Assembly: GCA_951406725.2 (NCBI GenBank)
Contig: OX597815.1
Location: 193,564,001-193,628,000, forward strand
Source of the DNA: Octopus vulgaris
Lineage: Eukaryota
Length of the DNA stretch: 64,000 nt
Reading direction: 5' to 3'
The notes below the pieces were generated by a model. The model was not told where the DNA came from. It did no database searches and saw only the letters and a program-made list of their open reading frames with translations. Shown piece after piece: positions 1 to 13,709 of the stretch (position 1 is the first letter of the stretch; each line of letters starts with the position of its first letter). Both the position numbers and the translations under genes were made by a program.

Positions 1-2282
<2,282 letters not shown>

Positions 2283-2371
2283 TTTGATACTTTGATACTT
2301 TGATAGGTTTCGGCCATTATTGGCCCAGGCCATGTCTAACTTAATAGCACCACCTGGTGAAGTCTTTCAAG

Positions 2372-5300
2372 TCAGAATTTGGGCACTATGGCCCACTCAA
2401 GTAGAGAGTTATTGTTTACAGAGACATATCCGGGTGTAGGGGGTTTATCCGGGATTTCTTGAAGGAATCTGTCCAAAGACTTCTTGAACCCTATAGGGTC
2501 AGTTTCTGTTTTAATGTGTTTTGGTGTAATGTTAAAGAGAGCGGGGCCAATTGAGGTGAAATAATTGTGCCGTATTGTTGTTATGAGATGAGAGTGCGAT
2601 TTTTGTTTTGGGCGGATGGCACGGGGCCCAAGCCTTGGATGTACCTTAAAGGTGATGCCAACATCATTTGGGCAATGCTGATGGAATATTTTCCACATCA
2701 TGCAGATGATGTAGCGCTCACGACGACGTTGGAGAGAATAGAGTTTTAGCTTTTCTAGTCGACCCCAATAGTCGAGGCCTGTCATGCCATCTATCTTTTT
2801 TGTGATTGCCCTTTGAGGTGCTTCGACTTTTTTGATACCTTGTATTGTGTGGGGAGACCACAGTGGACAACAGTATTCAAGGTGGGGTCGGGCAAAAGTG
2901 GAGAAGAGAAGGATAATGGTGTGGATATCTCTCGACTGGAAAGTTCTGAGAATCCAGGAACACATTCTGCGGGCCATGTCAACTTTGGTGTTTATATGAG
3001 TGGCCCAGCTTACGTTGTTGTCCACAATTACTCCCAAGTCTCTGATGTTGTTGGACGCCGCGAGAGTTTCACCTGAAGGAAGGGAGTATGGGAGTTTCAG
3101 GGCATCCTCTTTTCCAAAGTGGATTAGCTCAAATTTATCCTCGTTCAGCAGCATATTGTTTTTTTCTGCCCATTGGATAACAGCCAGTAGATCTGACTGA
3201 AGGCATGTCCGGTCACTCGCCTCATTTATGACCTTCTGTAGCTTGGAGTCATCTGCAAAGATTTTTATGTTGCTGTGCTTGATGATGTCATTAATGTCAT
3301 TAATGTAAATGATGAAAAGAAGTGGGCCCAGCACAGTGCCTTGCGGAACGCCACTACTGACTTTGGCTGGGCTTGATTTTACCCCTTCAACTACAACATG
3401 TTGAGATCTGTCTGTCAGGAAACACTTAATCCATTTCAGTAACTTTCCAGAGACACCAATGTTGGATAGTTTTTTCAATAGGATCTTGTGATCGACCCTG
3501 TCGAAGGCCTTACTGAAATCAAGGTAGATGACATCGGTGTTGGAGCCCTCTCCCAAAGCTCTCAAAATGTCCTCAAAGTGATGCAGGAGCTGCGTTAGGC
3601 AGTCCCTTCCATTACGGAACCCATGTTGGTTGGAGATCAGCCGTCTGTTGCTTTCCAGAAATTGGGTTATTTGAGATCTCACCACCCTCTCAAATACCTT
3701 GATGATATGAGAGGTGAGTGAGATCGGACGGTAATTCACTGCAAGGGACTTGTTTCCCTTTTTGAAAACTGGGACAACAGACTGGGACAGAAGGTTTTTT
3801 GGAATATAGCCAGCATCCAGTGAGTTTCTCCACAGATTAGCAAGGGGAGATGCAAGTTGGTGTCGACACACCTTCAGGACACAAGCAGGGAACCTATCGG
3901 GGCCTACTGCTGAATTGTGTTTTATTTCGTTTATCGCCGCTAAGACATCAGGGGCACTAAACGTTATGTCCGATATAGTGTGTTGGGGGTTGACATCACT
4001 GATACAGCCCAGATCGGCCATATCAGGATTGCTGAAAACAGAGCAGTATTGTTTCTGCAGTATCTCGGCCATGGATTTGGCATTATCTTGGAGAGTGCCA
4101 GTTTCGTCAATTAGAGGGCCTACAGTGGAGACAGTGACCCTGCGTTTCCTCGCAAATGAAAAGAACACTTTGGGGTTGAGTTTGATTTTTTCAATGGCCC
4201 ACTTCTCCTCAGCTGATCTTTGGTTATTGATGAGGGACTTCATGCATTGTTGGAGGTTATATTTTTTGGATTCAAGCAGTGCGATAGCCGTCGAATGTGT
4301 GTGTTGCTGTTGGCAGTACTTTAGTTTGTTAATTTTTTTGTTTGTTCTTTTTATTTTTCTGATAATGGTTTTTCTGTTTTGGGGGATTCTGCACTTTTTG
4401 TTCACAGGTCTTGGTGGGGAGTGTTTTGCACATATGTCTGTGACGGTGTCTACAAAGATCTGCCAAGATGTTTTATGGTTGGTGGAGATGTGTGTATGTG
4501 TAAAGGACCAGTCAACATTTGATAGCTCGTTCCTGATTGCATCCCAGTTGGCTTTATGGAGATCCATGTTGTCAAATGGGTGGGCTGGAGGAAGGTCACT
4601 AGGATTAGCTTTCGGCTGGTGGAATTTCATGTTACAGAGAACCATGTCATGGTCTGAAAGAAGGGTTTTTTCCACTGTAACGTTATGTATAGTGTTAGTG
4701 TGGTTACTAAACACTAGGTCCAAAATGTTCTGATGTCTTGTTGGTGCAAGGACAAGTTGGGACAAGAAAAACTCATTCGTAAAGTCGAAAAGTGACTCTG
4801 CTGCTTCTTTGTCAGCGGTTGAGGCGGGAGTGCTTGGTTTCAAACAGTTTGTAGTCCAGTCAACACAGGGTAGATTGAAGTCTCCCATCATGAGTATGTT
4901 GCTAGAATGGCACTGTTGAATAAAGCACTTAATGCTGTTGAGGCATTCTTTAAAGCACAGTATGGGTGTTTGGGGCGGCCTATAGAGCCCAATTACTGTC
5001 AGATCATTGGCTTTGTTGTGCACGGTGACTGATTCACAGTAGCCGTTGGAGAATATACTATTTCCATCTGCCGTAAATGAATCATGCAGGAAAATGGCAG
5101 TTCCACCCTTCCTCCTGCCGATACGATCCGCGCGGATGGTTGTGAAATTCTTCACTCTCACTTCGGCTTCCAAGTGGGAGTTGTCAAGGTGGGTCTCAGT
5201 GAGAATGAAGAAAGGGATGTGGTGTGAATGGTTACCAACCCAGTCTTCAATGAATTGGACCTTCCATTTTTGTGCATTGATGGAAGGGCTGACACCTTGT

Positions 5301-5407
5301 GCATTGAGTAGGAATGTGGAGGTTAGTGTAGTGGCTGGTTTTGACTGTTGCAGGGGGCTTGGATTTTTTGTGTGTGTTAGTGGCAGCAATGTGGGGAATT
5401 GGTGCAC
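2372..5407 (-). CDS. LINE ORF2: APE endonuclease + reverse transcriptase (family B)
   Basis: EN motifs LNAQG, LTETHL, YRPP, GDFN, LDLVF, SDHD; RT motifs YLDFSKAFD, GVPQG, FADD. The listed start is GTG, and the frame stays open further upstream to about 5503. Confidence 0.93.
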   Translation of the reverse strand: MHQFPTLLPLTHTKNPSPLQQSKPATTLTSTFLLNAQGVSPSINAQKWKVQFIEDWVGNHSHHIPFFILTETHLDNSHLEAEVRVKNFTTIRADRIGRRKGGTAIFLHDSFTADGNSIFSNGYCESVTVHNKANDLTVIGLYRPPQTPILCFKECLNSIKCFIQQCHSSNILMMGDFNLPCVDWTTNCLKPSTPASTADKEAAESLFDFTNEFFLSQLVLAPTRHQNILDLVFSNHTNTIHNVTVEKTLLSDHDMVLCNMKFHQPKANPSDLPPAHPFDNMDLHKANWDAIRNELSNVDWSFTHTHISTNHKTSWQIFVDTVTDICAKHSPPRPVNKKCRIPQNRKTIIRKIKRTNKKINKLKYCQQQHTHSTAIALLESKKYNLQQCMKSLINNQRSAEEKWAIEKIKLNPKVFFSFARKRRVTVSTVGPLIDETGTLQDNAKSMAEILQKQYCSVFSNPDMADLGCISDVNPQHTISDITFSAPDVLAAINEIKHNSAVGPDRFPACVLKVCRHQLASPLANLWRNSLDAGYIPKNLLSQSVVPVFKKGNKSLAVNYRPISLTSHIIKVFERVVRSQITQFLESNRRLISNQHGFRNGRDCLTQLLHHFEDILRALGEGSNTDVIYLDFSKAFDRVDHKILLKKLSNIGVSGKLLKWIKCFLTDRSQHVVVEGVKSSPAKVSSGVPQGTVLGPLLFIIYINDINDIIKHSNIKIFADDSKLQKVINEASDRTCLQSDLLAVIQWAEKNNMLLNEDKFELIHFGKEDALKLPYSLPSGETLAASNNIRDLGVIVDNNVSWATHINTKVDMARRMCSWILRTFQSRDIHTIILLFSTFARPHLEYCCPLWSPHTIQGIKKVEAPQRAITKKIDGMTGLDYWGRLEKLKLYSLQRRRERYIICMMWKIFHQHCPNDVGITFKVHPRLGPRAIRPKQKSHSHLITTIRHNYFTSIGPALFNITPKHIKTETDPIGFKKSLDRFLQEIPDKPPTPGYVSVNNNSLLEWAIVPKF

Positions 5408-6591
5408 TGGGGTAATAGCATAGGATGGTGTTGAGTGATGGCTAGAATGTTTTTGTGTATCTCTTTTGCCATGTTCAACATGGCTAAAAAAGAATTTTCC
5501 TGCTTAGGGAGCAGTTTTTGGCTGGAGGTGTGGTTGCACTGTTGGATAGGGTTGTAGTTTCCACTTTTGTTGTTGTTGTTTTTGTGTCTTCCTGAAAAGA
5601 CTGGACCAGCATTACTGCAGCATGGTGTGTTTCTATTTTTATTGTTATTCAGGTTTGTGTGTTGGCTTGAGGCCCCGTTTCTGTTTGTGCGTCGGGTCCC
5701 TGGAAGATGAGTGAAGGGACAGTCACTCAGTAGACATGTTCTCTCACGTTGGGAATACCGGCAGATTTTGGGACTCCGAGTTGTGTGTGTTTTGAATTTC
5801 GATTTACTATTTGGTGGTGTTGATGTTATTGTGGGATGCGTGCTTTGGCCTTGGCCAGTAGTGCGTCTAGTGCCGGGTAGATGCGTGAAGATGCAGTCAC
5901 TATTTGTGCAGAGTCTCTGGCGCAGTGAATAGCGGCATATTTGGGGATTTCTTGTTTGTGCCGTGGGGGGCGCATTCTGCTTCCTATGTTTCTTTAAGTT
6001 TTTGTTACTGCAGTAGTATTGAGGTGGTGATGTGGGGGAAGAGGGCAGTGGTTTCTTATTTGGTTTTCTGTTGGTATTTTTGGTGATAGAAGACGATGGT
6101 GGCAGCGGTGGTGATGATGATGATGATAATTGTGGTGGTTGCTGTGAGAGCGGTGAAAAGATACTGGCATTTAGTGAATCGTCTAGTAAGCTAGAGTTGA
6201 GGAGTGGCTGTTGTTGTTCTTGCTGTGCTGTTGTTGTTGTTGTTGTTGTGACTGCGATGTTGTTGTTGGGAACCAGGAGTGGCTCATTCTGTTGTTGTTG
6301 TTGTTGTGGCTGCTGATTTTCTAGCTGTTGTTGTTCTTGAACTGTGAAAATATGTAGAAGCTTTTCATAATGGCCTCTTATCAGTTTGAAAGATACTTCG
6401 ATATGTTTCAACTTGCTACGAATCTGTTTGACGGATCGTGTGTTGACCACTTGTGATGTTTTTTCGGCAATCTCATTCAAACACAAGACATTTAGATTTT
6501 CTGTTTGGGAAAGAGAGAGCCATGTGTTTATTAAAACATCAATTTCGTTATCAGACCAATTTCGTCTGTTGCAGGCCTGCAAGTTAGTCAT
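5377..6591 (-). CDS. LINE ORF1: Myb/SANT-like N-terminus, Q/T/S/P low-complexity linker, two CCCH zinc fingers
   Basis: RRNWSDNEIDVLINTW...RSVKQIRSKLKHIE; CRYSLRQRLCTNSDCIFTH and CRYSQRERTCLLSDCPFTH, each followed by LPGTRRT. Confidence 0.85.
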   Translation of the reverse strand: MTNLQACNRRNWSDNEIDVLINTWLSLSQTENLNVLCLNEIAEKTSQVVNTRSVKQIRSKLKHIEVSFKLIRGHYEKLLHIFTVQEQQQLENQQPQQQQQQNEPLLVPNNNIAVTTTTTTTAQQEQQQPLLNSSLLDDSLNASIFSPLSQQPPQLSSSSSPPLPPSSSITKNTNRKPNKKPLPSSPTSPPQYYCSNKNLKKHRKQNAPPTAQTRNPQICRYSLRQRLCTNSDCIFTHLPGTRRTTGQGQSTHPTITSTPPNSKSKFKTHTTRSPKICRYSQRERTCLLSDCPFTHLPGTRRTNRNGASSQHTNLNNNKNRNTPCCSNAGPVFSGRHKNNNNKSGNYNPIQQCNHTSSQKLLPKQENSFLAMLNMAKEIHKNILAITQHHPMLLPQCTNSPHCCH

Positions 6592-6913
6592 GTTTGTTTT
6601 TCTTTTGTTTGTTTTCCTTTTGATTTTTGAAAATATATATATTCTTTCTTGGGAGTTAAAGAAGTGTATATATATATAAATGTTCTCTCTTAAGGGTGTG
6701 AGTTTTTGATTATTTGGTTGTTTGAGGATATTAAAAGAAAAACAGGTGTATATAACAATTTGTAGTTAAATGAAAACGTACTTACGGGTTTGTAGGCAAA
6801 CACGTGGTTACAAATATATATATATTTAAGGTCAGTTAGTTTTGAAGCTGTGTAGCTTGCTACTGACTCGGGAGAGAAACAAATAGACGTCCGTCCAGTT
6901 CAACAGTTAATCC

Positions 6914-8080
<1,167 letters not shown>

Positions 8081-8514
8081 CAATATACATAACAGAAAAT
8101 ATTCCATCCTCTCAATTCCAATGCTATAGTGTCAGACATCTTTGTTAGTGGAAAGACCAACAGCGACACCTGTTCACCTCCTTCCTGCTGACTACCTGGA
8201 TCTCGTAGGAATTTTCCACAAGCTAGCCAGACAAGGTTAAGCGGATTAACAGGAAAATGGATTTGCTACAAGGCAGATCAGAAAAATTTTCTTAATCCTA
8301 TTAAAACTCTTGTCCAGATCAAGACCAAAATCCGTTCTCTAGCGTATTTGTGGTTATTTTGACCTTTGTCATTTCTGCTCGATTTCTTTGTCTCTAGATA
8401 TGTCTATCGCAATGTATGTGATTCACCATCTTTAACTGTAGGTATCTATGTTGCCATTCATATATAACCATCTATCAGATTTTATCTGAATATATTTATT
8501 TAGCCGTAAATCTT

Positions 8515-8862
8515 TCTGTACATATACACACATACATACATATATATATATATACATATATATATATACGTATATCTACATATATATATATATATATATA
8601 CATACATATATATATATATATACACACATATATCTATATACGTATATCTGCATATGTATATCTATATATGTATATATATGTATTATACATGTGTGTGTGT
8701 GAACACCTTAGGTTCTGTAGATCCGTGTCCCTTATTCTCTATCTATTTGTAATGTCTATATAGCTCTTTGTCTACATATCTATATATATATCAATATTTA
8801 CCTAGCTAATTATCTATCGATCTACTTATAATTCAACATATACACACAAAAATACATATACA

Positions 8863-8903
<41 letters not shown>

Positions 8904-8961
8904 GTATTTGTCTATCAATCAAACTATCCTTTATACATACAGATAAATAGCTTTTTTATAT

Positions 8962-9020
<59 letters not shown>

Positions 9021-9251
9021 TACAGCCTCGTTGCCCTTCTATTGAACGTTTTGAATATTGATCGTTCTAGAAATATTTTTGATGCTCTGTCTTAATAGCT
9101 ATTTGACAATAATTTTCGTCCTGTATTCCTTTAGCTTTTCTCTTTCTGTGTCAAAACCCAGAATGTGTGTATGTGTGTGCACATTCGTATGTATATATTT
9201 ATACATACACATACATATAGATATATGCATGTATATATATATGTATCTATG

Positions 9252-9287
<36 letters not shown>

Positions 9288-9897
9288 TACATATACATAT
9301 GTGTATATATGTGTGTATATATGTGTGTATATATGTATATCTGTATATGTATGTATACGTATACAGACATAAATATTGTTATAAGTGTATGTGCACAGAT
9401 AGGTCTTATATGCACCTACTCCAAACATATATACGTAAAATATATACATGTTATATATATATATACATACATATATATATGAATGCATATACATATATAT
9501 ATGTATATATATACATATATGTATGTATATGTACACTTACACACATATATATACATACAGTCTCTCTCTCTGTATATATATATATACAGAGTGTATATAC
9601 GTATATCTGTATATGTGCATGTTTTAAATATGTGTTCCGTTTCCATATTGTTCATTTCAGTGAAATCTTATGTCGTTCAGTATATCATTATAGATAGGTC
9701 TTCCATTTATCTATATTCACACACACCTGTGCATATGTACATATGCATATGCATTTACATACATACATACATACGTGTACCGATACATAGATGTATATGC
9801 ATCAGTTTATACATATATGCATATGTATATACACACACACACACACATATATATATATGTATGTGTATGTATGTATGTATACATGTATGTATAGGCG

Positions 9898-9938
<41 letters not shown>

Positions 9939-9945
9939 ATATATA
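8515..9945. repeat. Degenerate TA/TG/CA low-complexity region
   Basis: Alternating purine-pyrimidine sequence with short unique interruptions. Confidence 0.9.
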
Positions 9946-10004
9946 ATCGTGTGCCATTGCTATTACTATTTTGAGGAGTATATACACGTTTTCTAATTCT
10001 CATG

Positions 10005-10091
10005 TTTATCATTATTATTACTATTATTATTATTATTACTATTATTATTATTATTATCATTATTATTATCATCATCATTATTATCATTATT

Positions 10092-10132
<41 letters not shown>

Positions 10133-10225
10133 TATTATTATTATTATTATCATCATTATAATTATTATTGTTGTTGTTGTTGCTGTTGTCGTCGTCGTTG
10201 TTGTTGTTAGTATTAGTATTATTAT
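10005..10225. repeat. Trinucleotide microsatellite (ATT)n/(ATC)n/(GTT)n
   Basis: Direct inspection. Confidence 0.95.
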
Positions 10226-10767
10226 TTTCTTGATTTATATACATTAGCCTTTATTTATTATGTTTTCTTTGCTTTCCTTTGAAATTATTTCCTGGAATTA
10301 ATGTATTGCTTTTAATGTTGATTATGTTTCATGTGAAACCTTCATTTCTCGAACTGATATAACTCGGTAAGTAACATAATTAATACCATTATATTGGAAT
10401 TGATTTTAATTAATCCCTCTAGCAATCGTCATCTGAGTGTATTTATCATGTTTGAATTGCTGGTTAAATGACAGTTGAATCACGTATTTAATGCCTCATA
10501 TTTGTTGATGACATCAATTCGTGGATGCAAAGCATGAGGCTAATAACCAAAATTTCGTGACGTTTAATATTTTAAAATAACATTTCATTGATGGAGGCAT
10601 GTCATACATGTTTAAGAATCTCGCTTCAGAAACAAAATGCTTGCAAGGTTCTGTTCCACTTCATAGCACTTTGAACAGATATCTTCTACCGCTGTATTGG
10701 GTTAACCTATGCCTTGTGAATAGATTTGGTTGGTAGGAAATATACAGAAGCTTGCTATACACACATG

Positions 10768-10805
<38 letters not shown>

Positions 10806-11170
10806 CCTTCTCTTTCACTTGAGTCATGTTGACTGTAAGGCCATACTGAAGGCACCACCTTTAGTCGAGCAATCGACCCCAGGACTATTCTTTGTAAGCC
10901 TAGTACTTATTCTATCGGTCTCTTTTGTCGAACCGCTAAGTTACGGGGACGTAAACACACCAGCATCGGTTGTCAAGCGATGATGGAGGCGGGGACAAAC
11001 ACAAACACATAAATACGCACACACATACATATATATATATATTTATATATACGACGGCTTCTTTCAGTTTCCGTCCTGAAATCCCCTCACAAGGCTTTGG
11101 TCGGCCCGAAAACTATAGTAGAAGACACTTGCCCAGTGCCACGCAGTGGGAATGAACCCGGAAACATGTG
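10806..11170 (-). mobile_element. tRNA-derived SINE, group 1 (LINE-A-like 3' end), head truncated
   Basis: Homologous to 51657-52033 and 53452-53867. The 3' end GGTGGTGCCTTCAGTATGGCC...AAGTGAAAGAG runs into (TA)n. Confidence 0.85.
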
Positions 11171-11177
11171 GCTCTAT

Positions 11178-11310
11178 ATTTCTAACGAAGAGCTCCGCTC
11201 GAGACGTGAAATCCTCCTTTCTTTCCTTTCTTGAACGTCCAATGACACTGTACTTATTTCACGTCCTCGCGTTGTTGTGCTTACTCTTTGTTCATGTTTG
11301 GATTAACCAT
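11178..11310 (+). repeat. Penelope pLTR-like fragment with decayed minimal hammerhead
   Basis: TTTCTAACGAAGAGCTCCGCTCGAGACGTGAAA; downstream sequence matches 22192-22315. Confidence 0.5.
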
Positions 11311-11331
11311 ATATATACATATATATATATA

Positions 11332-12170
11332 TACCTCTTGGATACTTACCATTGGCTGCACCTCTCTTTCGCGGATCAAAGTGACTTTGCATTGATGTGA
11401 AATCTTTAAAAAATATACCACGACGTCTACACATTTCTCACCTTGAACTTTCAACCTTGAACGATTCGCATAAACTGTCCCGTTTGTTGTATTTTCTTTT
11501 CTCATATATATTCACATTTAGTTACTGCACGCATTTTTTTCTCTCCTTCTTTCTGTGTTTTTTTTCTCTGTGTATCTTTCTGTTGAAGAGCGTAGGCTCG
11601 AAACGTTAAAAGACTTGTTTTATTTATATTTCCTGAGCGCCATACTAATACAATTGTTTGTTTGTTTTCCACTGCCTTCGTCTTTTGTCTATTTTCTGTA
11701 AAGCTTCCCGTTATATATTATGCGCTCACGTGGTCTCACTTTCATCCTATATTCTACCAATACCACTATCAACACTTACCTCTACCTTGGATTTTCTTTA
11801 CCTCTTGGATACTTACCATTGGCTGCACCTCTCTTTCGCGGATCAAAGTGACTTGCATTGATGTGAAAGCCTTAAAAATATACCACGACGTCTACACATT
11901 TCTCACCTTGAACTTGTTCGCATAAACTGTCCCGTTTGTTGTATTTTTATTTTCTCATATATTATTCGTTAGTTACTGCACGCATTTTTTTCTCCTCCTT
12001 CTTTCTGTGTTTTTTTTCTCTCTGTGTGTATCTTTCTGCTGAAGAGCGTAGGCTCGAAACGTTAAAGACTTGTTTTATTTATATTTCCTGAGCGCCATAC
12101 TAATACAATTGTTTGTTTGTTTTCCACCTGCCTTCGTCTTTTGTCGATTTTCATAAAGCTTCCGGTATAT
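11332..12170 (+). repeat. Direct tandem duplication (about 385-bp units at 11332-11718 and 11799-12170), each with a hammerhead-like motif; Penelope pLTR/retrozyme-like
   Basis: Both units begin TACCTCTTGGATACTTACCATTGG and end AAAGCTTCC.GT.ATATA; spacer about 80 bp. Confidence 0.8.
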
Positions 12171-12175
12171 ATATA

Positions 12176-12655
12176 TACATGCGGGGTTGGACAAAATAAT
12201 GGAAACACCTAGCATCATGACATTTTGATTCATTATTAGTGTTGCTTAATATGTTTTGCCAAAATTGCTTTTCTTTTCAGATATCATCAGAAAAGGATAA
12301 TTAAAATTCATTAAAATGACAGATCTATTGGACTTTGAAAGAGGTCAAATTGTTGGTGCTATGCCAGGCGCTAGCGTAACGAAAACAGCCGAAATATTTG
12401 GTGTATCAAGAAGTACTGACTCGAAATAATGGCAGCCTTTCAGAAAGAGGGGAAAACCTCTACGTCGTAAAAAACTCCGGAAGAAAAACAAAACTTTCAT
12501 ATAGGGACCGTCAGACTCTTATGCGAATTGTTAGAAAGGATCACAATAAGTACAGCTCCCAAAATTACTGTAGAGCTTAATGACCACCTCAAGAACCCAG
12601 TTTCCACAAAATACTGTTTGAGGGAGCTGCACAAAGCTATTTTACAGGAGGGCTG
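12176..12655 (+). mobile_element. Tc1/mariner transposon, 5' fragment (TIR + frameshifted paired-HTH region)
   Basis: TIR-like GGGGTTGGACAAAATAATGGAAACACC; MTDLLDFERGQIVGA...ASVTKTAEIFGVSRST...GRKTKLSYRDRQTLMRIVRK...TAPKITVELN read across frames. Confidence 0.85.
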
Positions 12656-12766
12656 CAATTTTGAACTAATACTGCTTCCATACGCATACACACTTGCACT
12701 TACACACATACATATACATACACACACAAATATATATATATATTGTATGTATCCATGTATTTATGT

Positions 12767-12770
12767 ACAG

Positions 12771-12809
<39 letters not shown>

Positions 12810-12810
12810 T

Positions 12811-12891
<81 letters not shown>

Positions 12892-12892
12892 C
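12767..12892. repeat. (GACA)n/(GATA)n microsatellite
   Basis: Direct inspection. Confidence 0.95.
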
Positions 12893-13082
12893 CGATCTTT
12901 GTGTGTTTGAGTTTGTATATGTTCATGATTGAATGAATTTCTTTCACGAAAAATATTTTTCCATTCACATGCTTGACAAGATAATCTGAGCTCAGATCCA
13001 ACATTATTACATTTCAATTCGAGCAGCAATCAATTAATGACTGGATAATAGAAGATGCAATATTAATGGCTTCCTGTCACAA

Positions 13083-13240
13083 TTGTTAGCGTGTTGGGTA
13101 AATTCTTAGCGGCATTTCATCCATTTTTACGTTCCGAGTTCAAATGCCGCCGGAGTGGACTTTGCCTTTCATCCTTTCGAGATCGACAAAATAGTACCAG
13201 TTGATCGACTAGATCGATATAATTGACTTAGTCCCTCCGC
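13083..13240 (+). mobile_element. Degenerate SINE, group 2
   Basis: GAGTTCAAATGCCGCCGGAGTGGACTTTGCCTTTCATCCTTTCG matches the group 2 copies. Confidence 0.75.
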
Positions 13241-13709
13241 GAAAATTTGAAATCAATATTAATAACATTAATTTAACATTAAGCTGTAATTAACACTGAC
13301 TCAAGTTTTTCAGCCACCAAGTTAGTATTCTACACATGCTCATGAAATTTTAAGCTTTTTATTCATCTCGCGACCGCTTCATTATCGTCAGCTTCAAGGA
13401 ATACGGAATTGGAATTATTAGCCCACGTGTATTCTGTAGGCTCTTTTTGATCGGCTTGCGTGGGTTATTGTCAAGGTAACGATATTTAAAATAGCGGACG
13501 TGTGAACTTTGCATCCAATGCAGAGTTGATATCGAGGTGTTACGTTAGTAATGCCTCCCAACCATCGTCACATTAAAATAGCTAACATAAAGCAATTACT
13601 AAAGCAGTCAAACTAAAAGATCAATCTATTCAATTTTGGCTTTATCAGACAGTGTTAAGAGAAATTAGTTTAAAACATATTTTTTGATATCACTTGTTTA
13701 CCTAAGGTC

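Noticed and set aside
3915-5423. Long antisense ORFs opposite LINE ORF2s (also 36-554, 27349-27867, 42153-42971)
   Set aside because: No recognisable motifs; they recur only because the LINE copies are nearly identical.
8090-8400. Possible host exon in a non-repetitive island
   Set aside because: Stops in all plus frames I read, and no recognisable motif or splice context.
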